Shown in pieces: positions 26,066 to 38,442 of a stretch of 64,000 nucleotides of DNA; the stretch's first letter is position 1; the number at the start of each line of letters is the position of its first letter. The position numbers and the translations under genes are program-made. This DNA is from Octopus vulgaris (lineage: Eukaryota). Below the pieces are notes generated by a model. It ran no database searches, was not told the DNA's origin, and saw only the letters and a list, made by a program, of their open reading frames with translations. Location: positions 34,100,001 through 34,164,000 of the forward strand of contig OX597820.1 in the NCBI GenBank assembly GCA_951406725.2, in the 5' to 3' direction.

Positions 26066-26458
26066 TTATGCCAGTATGAAAAACAGAGGTTAAATGATGG
26101 TGCTGATGGTGTGTGTGTGTGTATGCATGTGTGTGTATACACCCACATACACACAATTTCAATGAAAAATGTACCAAAATATTTTAAGATGCAAACGAAA
26201 ATCCATTTCATTATTATATATATTCACACACACACACATGCACGCGCACTCTCACACACACACACACACACACGCACACACTATAATTTTCATTCTAAGT
26301 CATTAACATTGTGATAAAAACATAAAAGCCCAAAGAAATTTTTCAGAATTTCTTATTTTTAAATATAAAGTAGTTACTCGTTCTGTAATAGCCTTCTTTA
26401 TCTTTTGGTAGGTTTTATAAATAAATATAATTATTTTTAGTTGTGACATTATCAGCTG

Positions 26459-27216
26459 GTAGTTAACTTCAATGTGATCTTGACAAATAGCAGTTAACTT
26501 CAATATGGCCTTGCCACATGACAGCTAACTTCAGTGTGACCTTACCAGCCAGCAGTTAACTTTAATATGGCCTTGTCTGATAGTAGTTATCTTCAATGTG
26601 GCCTTGCCACATGGCAGTTAAATTCAATGAGAGCATGTTGGATGTGGCAGTTGACTTCATAGTGGCTTTATTGTATAGCAGTTTACTCCAATGTGGCCTT
26701 GTCATATAGCAGTTTAACTTCAATGTGGCCTTGTCATATAGCAGTTAACTTCAATGTGACCTTGTCATATAGTAGTTAACTTCAATGTGGCCTTGTCATA
26801 TAGCAGTTTACTTCAATGTGGCCTTGTCATATAGCAGTTAACTTCAATGCAGTCATCTCAAATGAATGTGACCTTGACAGAAGGCAAATTTATTTTTAAT
26901 GTAGCTTTGCCTGATGGCAGATAATTTTAATATGGCCTTGCCAGATGGCAGTTAACTTCAATGTGTGCATGTCTGATGGCAGTAATCTCCAATGTGGCCT
27001 TGCCAGATGGAAGTTAAATTCAATGAGAGCGTGTCTGATGTCAATTAACTTCATAGTGGCTTTATCATATAGCAGTTAATGTTAAGCAGTCATCTTCAAT
27101 GTGGCCTCGTCAGATGGCAGTTAACTTTAATGTGGCCTTCTCACATGATTGTGGCCTAGCCAGAAGGCAGTTAACTTTTAATGTAGCCTTGTCCGATATC
27201 AGTTAATTTTAATGTG
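26459..27216. repeat. 31-bp minisatellite, ~24 units
   Basis: Unit GCAGTTAACTTCAATGTGGCCTTGTCATATA. Most homogeneous at about 26677-26850. Confidence 0.95.
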
Positions 27217-27332
27217 TTGTTCTAACATAAAAAAAAATTCCTCACATCTGTACTAACCTGTTAAAAAAATTCCAAAGATTATATGTTTTCAAGTCTTTAG
27301 GATGCAGTTTGAGTGAGATTTGCCCTCTAGCA

Positions 27333-27489
27333 CAGTGGTTCTCAACCTGTAGACTGGTGATCCACAAAGGTAATACTTGTGGGGTCTGGGAACATGTTAA
27401 GCTGACAGACCTTTCAATATCCTGGGGTATATGGAAAAACTCACCTAAATAAAAGCGATCTTTGGTAATGAAAAGGTTGGAAACCACTG
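27333..27489. mobile_element. hAT (Charlie-like) MITE, complete
   Basis: TIRs CAGTGGTTCTCAACCT / AGGTTGGAAACCACTG and 8-bp TSD CTCTAGCA / CCCTAGCA. Confidence 0.88.
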
Positions 27490-27988
27490 CCCTAGCAGGT
27501 CCAGTAAGAGGCCTCCTTATTGGCTTGCTATAGTACCAGTTATCTACTGGTTAGATTTAACTATATTTTGAATGGTGAAAGCAAAGAGGTTGGTTCAAAA
27601 CTTATTTCTTTGTCAGTGCATAATGATGTGTTTTTTTTCTGCATACTTGTCCATTTGTTTGTATTTGTTGTTGTTACTACTATTATTGTTGTAGGTATTA
27701 TTGCTGTTGTTACTGTTGTGGATGCTACTATTGTTGTTGAATCATTTGGTCACAACGATTATTCATCCTTTACTGTGAATCATGTGACGTGTGACAAAGA
27801 GAGAGAGAGAGAGAAAGAGACCAAAAGTGAGCAAATGTGTATAAAGCAAGAGAGTGAGAGAGATGAAGAGAAGAAAGAAAATAATGTGAATGAGATGGAG
27901 AATGAGGTAGAAAAGAGACAGATTGGAAAGAAAGCTTTGAGTGACAGAGAAAACTATAGAAAAAGCAAAGTGTGTGTGAGTGTGTGTG

Positions 27989-28030
<42 letters not shown>

Positions 28031-28176
28031 CGTATATGTGAGTGAGTGTATATATACATATATATATACACATAACTATGTATATACATATGGTGGTTGT
28101 CTACTCCTTATGTGGAGTTTCATCACCTCCTGTACCTATACCTTAGAACAATCATGGCATACATATATATATATAG

Positions 28177-28219
<43 letters not shown>

Positions 28220-28918
28220 CATATATATATGTACATACATATATACATATATGTACATACATATATACATATATATATATATACATACACATATACATAA
28301 ATATATACATAAATATACATACATATATATATACATATACATAAATATACATACATATATATATACATACATATATATACATATATATATATACATACAT
28401 ATATATACATATATATATATACATACATATATACATATATACATACATATACACATACATATATATACATATATATATACATATACGTACATACTTATAT
28501 ACATATATATACATATATATATATACATACATATATACATACATATATATATACATACATATATACATACATACATATATACATATATACATACATATAC
28601 ACATACACATATATACATATATATATACATATATGTACATACTTATATACATACATATATATACATATATATACACATATACATGGCAGGCTTCTTTCAG
28701 TTTCCGTCTATCAAATCCACTTCCAAGGCTTTGGTTGACCTGAGGCAATAGTAGAAAACACTTGCCCAAATTCCCACACAGTGGGACTGAACCTGGAAGC
28801 TACTTACCACAGAGCCACTCCTCTGCCTAATATACATGTGTAAATATATGTAAATATATATATATATGTGTGTGTGTGGTGTGTGTGGATATGTCTTTCA
28901 TTTGCTATATATCTACAT

Positions 28919-29078
28919 AGGGAGAATTCACAAAAAAAAAAAACCCAAAAAAACGAGAGATGAATTAGTATAATGCTCAGGAAGTGAAAAAGTCTTTAAA
29001 GTTTCCAGCCTATGCTCTTCCACAGAAAGGAACACAGAAAGAAACAAGGAGAGAAAAAAATTAAAGAATGTGTAGTGA
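28919..29078 (-). mobile_element. Penelope-LTR-like element with a decayed variant hammerhead motif
   Basis: Minus strand 28993-29030 reads CCTTTCTGTGGAAGAGCATAGGCTGGAAACTTTAAAGA. Confidence 0.6.
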
Positions 29079-29227
29079 TATGTGTGTGTGTATATATATG
29101 TTTACATATATATATACATAATATGTATATATGTGTGTGTGTGTGTGTGTGTGTGAGTGTGTGTGTATATAAATATACTCACATATATATATATAAATAT
29201 ACACACATATATATATATATATATGTC

Positions 29228-29287
<60 letters not shown>

Positions 29288-29335
29288 TATAAATATACTC
29301 ACATATATATATATAAATATACACACATATATATA

Positions 29336-29431
<96 letters not shown>

Positions 29432-29560
29432 CGTACATGTATAGACTTAGAAACAGATAGGCAAGCAGAGAAAGCATGCCTGCAAGAATAAATGACTGAA
29501 TGAGAAGAAAAGTAAGAGGAGGAAAAATAGTGTAAAAAGGAAACTGATCACAAGAAATAT

Positions 29561-29625
<65 letters not shown>

Positions 29626-30572
29626 AAGAGGGAGAGATAAATAGATAGGCAGATACATAATTAGGTGGAGAAATAGAGTGTGGAACTGATGGAAAGAGAA
29701 AGTAATAGAGGGAATATATATAGAGAGAACAATCTCTGGTGCTAAACCCATATTTTGAAGTTACAGCATCAATGACCAATAATAACAATTATTGAGTGGG
29801 TTGATTGGTTGTTTAGTTGAGTTGGTGGCTTGGTCAGTCGGTGGCTGGCTGGTTGGTTTGTTGGCTGTTGGTCAGGTGACAGGAAACTTGGGAACTCCTC
29901 GTCGCTATTGCCTTGCGACATACAGCTTAGTACAAATCTCAGTTAATCACTATATTAAAGACGTGTATTTTTAGATTTTGTACGACCACATAGAGGGAGT
30001 TTTTGTCACTTATCAGCCTGGATAATCTCAGTCGATAAATTTTAGCTTCGCTATGAGAGACTCTACTGCATTTGTATTTAGTATGCAAAATGCTTTCCTG
30101 AGGTATTTTCTCGTCTGCCATATTGAGATTCTCAAAATCGATATCACTACACGTCTTCTATCTAGCTATATATAACTATATACATGTCTTTTAGCTTTGA
30201 CTTCTTGTTTCAGGAGCACCCTCTTGAAGAACTTTTAGTCAAATGAAATGACCCCAGCTTTTATGTTTTTTGTTATGCCTGGTACTTATTCTATCATTCT
30301 GCTAAGTCATGGGAACATAAACACACCAACACTGGTTATCAAGTGGTACTGCAGGACAAACACAGACACAAAGACACTGACACACACATATATATATAGA
30401 TATATATATGATGAGCTTCTTTCAGTTTCCATCGACTAAATTCACACACAAGACTTTGGTCAGCCTGAGGCAATAGAAGACACTTGCCCAAGGTGCCACA
30501 CAGTGGGACTGAACATGGAACCAGGTAGTTGGGAAGTAAGCTTCTTACCACACACACACACACTTGTGCCTT

Positions 30573-30647
<75 letters not shown>

Positions 30648-30694
30648 ACTATCCGATGATACCCATGGCAGTACCCCTATCTCATTTTATAACC

Positions 30695-30748
<54 letters not shown>

Positions 30749-30766
30749 CATATACACACATACATA

Positions 30767-31560
30767 CACGGTGCGGTGAATAAACTCATCTAAATTACAC
30801 AAAAATGAAAATAACACTGACATCTCATTTTAACAGATAAATTTTCTCAAATTATATAAAGATATCTTGAAATACTAAAGACTAAATTTTTTCAATAAAA
30901 TCGCCATTGGCTTCAACCACAGTCTCCAGACAAACTTCAGAATTTCCTGCAACTCTTCTGGATAGTCTCTTGTTCAATCAAGTTGGTGAATGCTGCCATA
31001 ATCCTTGCCTTCAGTTTATATTTGGTGTTACAAGGAGTTTTGCTTAACTGTGCCCCACACATAATAATCAAGGGGGTTGCAGTCTGGAGAGTTAGGTGAC
31101 CAGATGTTAGGGGTAATGTGGGTTCTCCTGCTTGTGTGGCATGGTGTAAAGTCCTGTTGCCAGATATAGGGTCTTCCAGCAGCCACTCTCTTGACCCAGG
31201 GCAGCACTACGTCCTCCAGGCACTTAATGTAGGCCTTCGTGTTGAATTTGAGGCTGTGTGGCTAGATGAATGGATGCATAATGTCACTATCACTATTGAT
31301 AACTCCAAACCCCATGATATTGACTGGATGTTTAATTTTTATCACTCTTGGTACATGTCCTCAGATTGACATCAAACACTCTGAAATGTTTGTACTGGAG
31401 TTTCCGGCATGAATGCCAAGCAATACAGCATGTTGTTTCCAAACTTCTGGCAGAGTGAAGTGTGCCATGGTGCTGTTTTCTCACAGACAGTGGCCCACTG
31501 ACCCTACTATACTGTCTAGTCAGTAAAATCAAAAACAAACAATTTACCCATCGCACCCTG
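30767..31560 (-). mobile_element. Internally deleted Tc1/mariner-superfamily element (DD37D/maT-like)
   Basis: TA flanks and imperfect TIRs CACGGTGCGGTGAATAAACT / AATTTACCCATCGCACCCTG. Minus-strand relic KHPVNIMGFGVI...VLPWVKRVAAGRPYIWQQD...WSPNSPDCNPLDYYVWG...KLKARIMAAFTNL. Confidence 0.85.
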
Positions 31561-31574
31561 TAGATATATATGGG

Positions 31575-31950
31575 ATGTAGCCAGTCCACTTATGCATACC
31601 TTTCCTTCTTGGGACACAAAACTCTACTTGTGAAGACCTGTTGAGGCAAGTGAGAATCGAAATTGATCAACATCAATAGAAATTGCAGCTGTGATACCAG
31701 TGCCGGTGGCATGTAAGAGAACTATCCGAACGTGGCCGTTGCCAGCGTCGCCCCGACTGGCCTCGTGCTGGTGGCACGTAAAAAGCACCCACTACACTCA
31801 CGGAGTGGTTGGCGTTAGGAAGGGCATCCAGCTGTAGAAACATCGCCAGATCAGACTGGGCCTGGTGCAGCCTTCTGGCTTCCCAGACCCCAGTTGAACT
31901 GTCCAACCCATGCTAGCATGGAAAGCAGACACTAAACGATGATGATGATG

Positions 31951-31951
<1 letters not shown>
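31575..31951 (+). mobile_element. RTE LINE 3' UTR fragment (5'-truncated insertion)
   Basis: Matches 59960-60487 and ends CCAACCCATGCTAGCATGGAAAG..AAAC(GAT)n. Other copies lie at about 735-855, 13497-13640, 23970-24195, 36765-36995, 38680-38875, 44373-44665 and 57007-57245. Confidence 0.85.
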
Positions 31952-31982
<31 letters not shown>

Positions 31983-33389
31983 CATACCTCAACTTAGGTC
32001 ATTTTGAGTTATGTCTTTTTTGTCTCCACATAATTTTTTCAAGAAATGAAAGGGGGAAAAAGGAAACGTTTTATTTATAACATTTAAATACAAAGAAACA
32101 GGAAAAAAGGGAGCTAAGAAAGGGAGAGAAAGAAAGGGAAAAAAGGGAGGTAAAGCAGCAGTTTGTGTCATTCATTGCTAAGAAGTCAGGCATTCTTGGA
32201 CCTTCCAATTTCCACAGCAAAATAGGGATAACAGTGGCCCATCAGAGAAATGAGCTCCTGCGAGTGTTGTTGGTCATTCTCCATGGCAACAGCATCACAG
32301 TCATTATCATGAGGTGTGGCTGAGCATACCGTTAGTTCTTGGATATGTAGGGGGAAAAATAAACCTCAATTTCAGTTGATTTATCTGACTTGCTGTCAGT
32401 CTTAGTAAAAATATTTAAAATCATAAAAAAAGTTCTTTAGAAACAGCTAAAAACCGATATTGAAGTGGAAAATAAAATAAAATACATGTGAAAATATGGA
32501 ATGGACAAACCATTTATAAAACCACATCAGTTAATAAATTTTTTTAAATGGTTTTACATGTAATATTTTTTGAGATACATCACACATCTTGGAACCAATT
32601 ACCAGCATAATTTGAGGTATGTCTATATATACAGATCACTTCAAAGTTTTGCCAAATGAATGACTGAATGGAAGGACGGACAGACAGATAGACAGATGGA
32701 TGGACAGACAGATAGAGAAATATTTACAGAGACAGTCTATCTGATATACACCGGAAAAATAAAAAATAAACAGAACACATCCGTTGTTTACATCAGCTCT
32801 AAAGACCAGATCTGCTCCAATTTATACTATCAATATTATGAATGCATATGGCCTAGTGCATAAGTTGAAGTGATGGTGTGGCAGAGCAAACTCTCAAGAC
32901 AGGTGAGGACATAAGAGATGATATGGTCAGTGTATTAGGTGGTGTAGTAGTTTTATAAGAATGAAAGGGCAGAGCAACAGGTGGTTACAAAGTGGGGGAC
33001 AGGAGTGACTGTATTGAATGACATGAGAAAGTGAAGATGTAGTTAGTGGGTGATATTAGTGTGGAGAGGTGACAAGATGAGAGATAAGAGTGGTTCAGGA
33101 ATGTCGACAGATCAAGATGTAGGTGTGACAGAGGGGGAAAGGTAAGGGTAAATAAGGAATATGATGGTGGATATGAGATGATGCTGAGGATGTAAGCAGG
33201 AGTATGGTAGAGGAAAGAGCTATCTGGAGGCACAGAAAAGTGCAGGTTTGGTAAGAACAGTGTGAGAAAGGTCTCATGTCAAAGTTGCTACATACAGTTC
33301 CAGTCTACTTAGCTGAAAATTAGTGCCAGTCAAGTGTTGGTGCAGTCTCCTCTCTCGCCCTCGCCCTCTCCCCCTCCTTCAAGCTGTTA

Positions 33390-33725
33390 CATTCTTGATG
33401 CTCCACTGGCTATGTGAAACTGCAGGAGACTGTGGTCAAACTCTGGCTAGAGATGGATGCTGCTGAAAGACAATATGTGTGTTAGCAAAATTTGGCTCTT
33501 TGCTCTACCTCCAGAAAGGCTGTTGGAGAATTTCTATGACTTTACCAGCTCCAATTTCTGATCTCCTAATTCCTCTGATTGTAATCCCATAGGTTACTAT
33601 ATGTGGGGCCTGGTTCAGAAACACACCAATTACTGTCTGTAATACCAGAGCCAAACTGGTGGCCAAGATCAAAGAAATGTTCAAAGATTTTCCCAGGGTA
33701 ACAGTGACAGGTGGCTACTTTAAGG
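33390..33725 (+). mobile_element. Decayed DD37D/maT-like transposase fragment
   Basis: NF*SPNSSDCNPIGYYMWGLVQKHTN...NTRAKLVAKIKEMF, related to 30767-31560. Confidence 0.65.
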
Positions 33726-34052
33726 ACCATGAATGACCATGGGATTGCACCTAGAAAGTTACCCTCCGAGGCACAAGTCTGGGCAAGGTTGTTTATGGAA
33801 GAGCAGCAGTCGTCCATGCATGCCAGCCTCCCCTCTCCATGCCACCAATGTTAAGGCAAAGGCCGATACAGCTTGGCACCAGTCATGTCACAACTCATTT
33901 CTACAGCTGAGTGAACTGGAACAACATGAAATAAAGTGTCTTGCACAACATGCAGCCTGGTCTGGGAATCGAACTCACAACCTCATGATCATAAGCTTGA
34001 TGCTCTAACCACTGAGCCATGCACTTTCATATATATATATGTATGTATATGA

Positions 34053-34085
<33 letters not shown>

Positions 34086-34093
34086 TGTATGTA

Positions 34094-34165
<72 letters not shown>

Positions 34166-34654
34166 TATACATATATACAGAAAGAGTGAGAGAGAGAGAG
34201 AGAGAGAGAGTACGAAGAGTGAGAGTGTCAGCTGTTCTTTTACTTTAAAATCACCACGACCACCACCACTACTAAAGCACAACATTTCGCAACACCCATT
34301 ACACAGGCAAGTAAAATACTGATGTTTAATTATCTTTTGGAAAATCTCTGAGAGACAGAACAAAGTAATGGACTTCTTAAACAACAACAACAACAACAAC
34401 AACATCTATGACATCAGGCAAAAGAAAACATGATGATGCTGTTGATAAAGATGCTGATGCTGATTATGATTATGATGATGACAATCACTATGACTATGAC
34501 AATAAAAATAGATCTGAAATGAAAGTAGACGTAGTGAACTAGAAGTGGAGGCTGTGTGTGTGTGTGTGTGTGTGTATGTGAGTGTGTATGTGTGTGTATG
34601 TTAAAATAAACAACTGCACACATACGTGTGTGGGTATATATGTGATATGTATAT

Positions 34655-35063
34655 ACTCTTTTCTCTTTTACTTGTTTCAGTCAGTTGACTGCAGCCATGC
34701 TGGAGCACCGCCTTTAGTCGAGCAAATCAACCCCGGGACTTATTCTTTGTAAGCTCAGTACTTATTCTATCGGTCTCGTTTGCCGAACCGCTAAGTGACG
34801 GGGACGTAAACACACCAGCATCGGTTGTCAAGCAATGCTAGGGGGACAAACACAGACACACAAACATATACACACACACTTATATATATATATATATATA
34901 TACGACAGGCTTCTTTCAGTTTCTGTCTACCAAATCCACTCACAAGGCTTTGGTCGGCCCGAGGCTATAGTAGAAGACACTTGCCCAAGGTGCCACGCAG
35001 TGGGACTGAACCCGGAACCATGTGGTTGGTAAACAAGCTACTTACCACACAGCCACTCCTGCG

Positions 35064-35066
<3 letters not shown>
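34655..35066 (-). mobile_element. SINE family A, full length, young
   Basis: Reverse complement of 2499-2917 with most CpGs retained. Confidence 0.92.
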
Positions 35067-35105
<39 letters not shown>

Positions 35106-35424
35106 AAATTCAAAAATATGAAGAACAAACCCACACACACATATATATATATTTGTACATACACATACAATACAGACATACAGACTGGCAAACATTTATA
35201 GTACTAGTGTGTGTTTTTGAAAAAGAGGGAATATCTGAATGGAGCTGAGACAGATGTAAACACAAGGGTATAGATAAAAGACTGAAATAGTAGGTGGGAG
35301 AGGGAGTGAAAGAGAGAGGAATATAGGGAGATAAAGAGAGGGATGGAAAGAGAAAGAATTAGAGAGTTAAGGAAGGAGAGAGAGAGAAGGAGAGAGACAG
35401 AGGTAGACTGATGGATATTTGTCT

Positions 35425-35550
35425 ATAGATAGATATACAGATAGATAGATAGACAGATAGATAGATAGATAGACAGACAGGTAGATAGACAGATAGATAG
35501 ATAGATATACAGATAGATAGATAGACAGACAGATAGATAGATAGACAGAC

Positions 35551-35597
<47 letters not shown>

Positions 35598-35654
35598 CAG
35601 ATAGATAGACAGATAGACAGACAGACAGATAGATAGATAGATAGATAGATAGAC

Positions 35655-35696
<42 letters not shown>
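35425..35696. repeat. (TAGA)n/(CAGA)n tetranucleotide repeat
   Basis: Directly visible. Confidence 0.95.
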
Positions 35697-35697
<1 letters not shown>

Positions 35698-36286
35698 AAA
35701 GGAGAAAGAGAAAGAAAAAGGAAAGTGTAAGGAGAGAGAGAAAGGAAGACAGAGGAAATGAAAGAGTGAAAAAGAGAGGAATACAAAAATAAGAGAAAAA
35801 GAAAAAGTGAGAAAGAAAGAGAGAGACAGGCATGCAGACAGACAGACAGACAGATCACTAGAATCAAAGGAAAAAACAGAAAAAGTTATACAAATAGAAT
35901 GAAAGAGAATGCTTGCAAATGTGTGTGCGTGTATGTGTGTGTGTGTGTGTGTGCATGCACATGTGTGTGTGTGTGTGTGCGTGTGCGAGTGTCTACGTGT
36001 AGGTGTTTACAGACACTTGAATTAACTGGTGGTTTTGTCTGACAACAGAACAAGTGATCGATAAACAATAGGCTACATCCATTCTGAAGAGGCAAACGCA
36101 GTCCACCCGCACAAAAGGTGGCCGACCACTTGGCTTTCAATTGCCTATACAAACATATGTGCAATACACACACACACGTATATATATGTGCAGATATATA
36201 TACGTGTGTGTATGTATCTATATATATATGTGCATGTGTGTGTGCATGTATATATGTATATATATATATATTTATTTTATAGAAGG

Positions 36287-36335
36287 AGCTTCTACAGGAC
36301 TAGAACTGTTTCATTCAAATGAAATCATCAGGAAG

Positions 36336-36337
<2 letters not shown>
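36287..36337 (-). ncRNA. Type I hammerhead ribozyme motif
   Basis: Minus strand AGCUUC CUGAUGA UUUC AUUU GAAU GAAA CAG UUCUAGUC CUG UA GAAGCU. It has a 6-bp stem I, an intact core, a short stem II with a U-U closing position, a 4-bp stem III and a GUA cleavage triplet. Confidence 0.8.
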
Positions 36338-36375
<38 letters not shown>

Positions 36376-36447
36376 GTTGTATAAAACATATGCATATATA
36401 CATACATATATGTACGTACCTACATCTATATGTATATATACATGCAT

Positions 36448-36625
36448 AAATGGGTACAGGACACCAAAAAAACGTCGAACACAAGGAGAAACGAAAACAT
36501 AAACACAAAACCAAGGATATGGACATTTTTCTTAAACAACGAAAAAATAGAGTACAGGACATACAACACAAGGAAAATTCCCCTTCTTCAGTCGCCTCTG
36601 TTTCATCTACTCCGCGTTTCGAAGG
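36448..36625 (-). mobile_element. Penelope-LTR-like fragment with partial hammerhead motifs
   Basis: Minus strand CCTTC GAAA CGCGGA GTA GATGAAACAGAGGCGA CTGAAGA AGGGG. A related copy at 37065-37225 has the same layout and shares TGGGTACAGGA. Confidence 0.5.
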
Positions 36626-38156
36626 TATATGTATATATATATATATATACACATACACACTCATATATTTATATATATATATATATACACATACACACGT
36701 ATATGTTTGTGTGTATGTATATATATATATATATATGTACACACACACAAACACACACATACATATCATCATCATTGTTTAACCTCCACTTTCCATGCTA
36801 GCATGGGTTGGACGATTTTGACTGAGGGCTGGCGACCCAGATGGCTGCACCAGGCTCCAATCTTGATCTGGAAGAGTTTCTACAGCTGGATGCCCTTCCT
36901 AACGCCAACCACTCCGAGAGTGTAGTGGGTGCTTTTCACGTTCCACCGGCACGGGGGCCAGTCAGGCGGTACTGGCAATGACCTCGCTCGAATCTTTTTA
37001 CACATGTATATGTAGATAACACACACTAACACATATATACATATATATATACACATATGCATATATGGGTACAGGATGTCACCAACAGTAAACAACATGA
37101 AATATGAAAACAAATGAGTTCAATATGCAAACCATGAGAGAAACAAATGGAAAACAGGACAAGTAACATAAAGAACGACTCTTCATTAGTTGTCGACTGT
37201 CTATCTACTCCTCATTTCGAGCAATACATATATATCTGTGTTTGTACATGTGTGCATGATTAATTTTGTACTCCTTTTTCACATATAGAGAAAGATAGAG
37301 ACTTTAGTCAAAACACAAATATAACATACATACACACACACATTTACTTATGTGCATTCACAATGTACATTCACAGTGGCGTAGTGCGCTAACACACTGA
37401 TACACAAGCACATATTTCCTTATAGATATACGTGCATATGCTTACTTAGTTATAGAAAATCTGCCCCAATGAATTGTCTGATCTACGCAAGCATGGAAAA
37501 GTGAATGTTAAAAACAATGATGATAATAACAATAATGTACCAGTATTCATATTACATGCTGGTATGAGTATGATGGTTTCACAGAATACAGCAGGTCTGA
37601 GGAATGCATCATACTCCAATGTCTTTGGCATGGTTTCTTACAGTTAAATGCTCTTCCTGACACCATCCACTTTACAGAGAGCATTGTTGGCACCAGCGCA
37701 AATCAGGTCACAGAACAGCTTGCAAAACTAAGATCTTCTTTGACTGAGTAGGGCTATAGTTGACAGGGAAGCAACTTTATGGTAGGAGACGAGTGGTATA
37801 AGTATCAAATATAGTTTCTTGCTGTAGGGGAGTGACATGGCTACTCACATTATAGAAGAGAGGTGGAGAGTAATTAAGTTGGAACTAGAAAGAGATAAAA
37901 GTAGTGGGGATGAGGTACCAGGGTGGACCCTCAAGGTATGAGTAAGAAGTGAATGAGGACAGAAGAACAGGGAGTGGTGGCAAGTAGAGGTTGCAAGAGG
38001 GTTTGAGGAAAGCAAGAGGGGGGCTACATATGTGTGTGAGTGTGTATCTATGCATGTGTGTTTGTGTTTGCCTCTCACGACCACTTAATACCTGGTGCTG
38101 GTTTGTTTACATTCCCATAACTTAATGGTTTGGGAAAAGAGTCTGGCAGAATAAGT

Positions 38157-38442
38157 TGTTTGTTCCTTCTTGAGCCACGCCTGGCTCATAAGGGCTGGTT
38201 TCCCGGTCTCCTTGGCGTATAGTTCCCCACCTGGACGGGACGCCGGTCCGTTGCAGGTGAGCTGCAAGATGCAGGAGGAAAGAGTGAGAGAAAGCTGTGG
38301 CGAAAGAGTCAGCAGAAGTTTGCCATTACCTTCTGCCAGAGCCGTGTGGAGCTTAGGTGTTTCACTCATAAATACACACAACACCCGGTCTGAGATTCAA
38401 ACCCGTGATCCCTCAACCGTGAGTCCGCTGCTCTAACCACTA
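38157..38442 (-). mobile_element. SINE family D variant inserted in a SINE A tail
   Basis: 12-bp TSD GGCAGAATAAGT (38145-38156 and 38443-38454). D-type head and core, with a tail like that of 25806-26065. Confidence 0.88.

Noticed and set aside
26459-27216. CRISPR-like array
   Set aside because: Units are contiguous with no unique spacers, there are no cas genes, and the context is eukaryotic.
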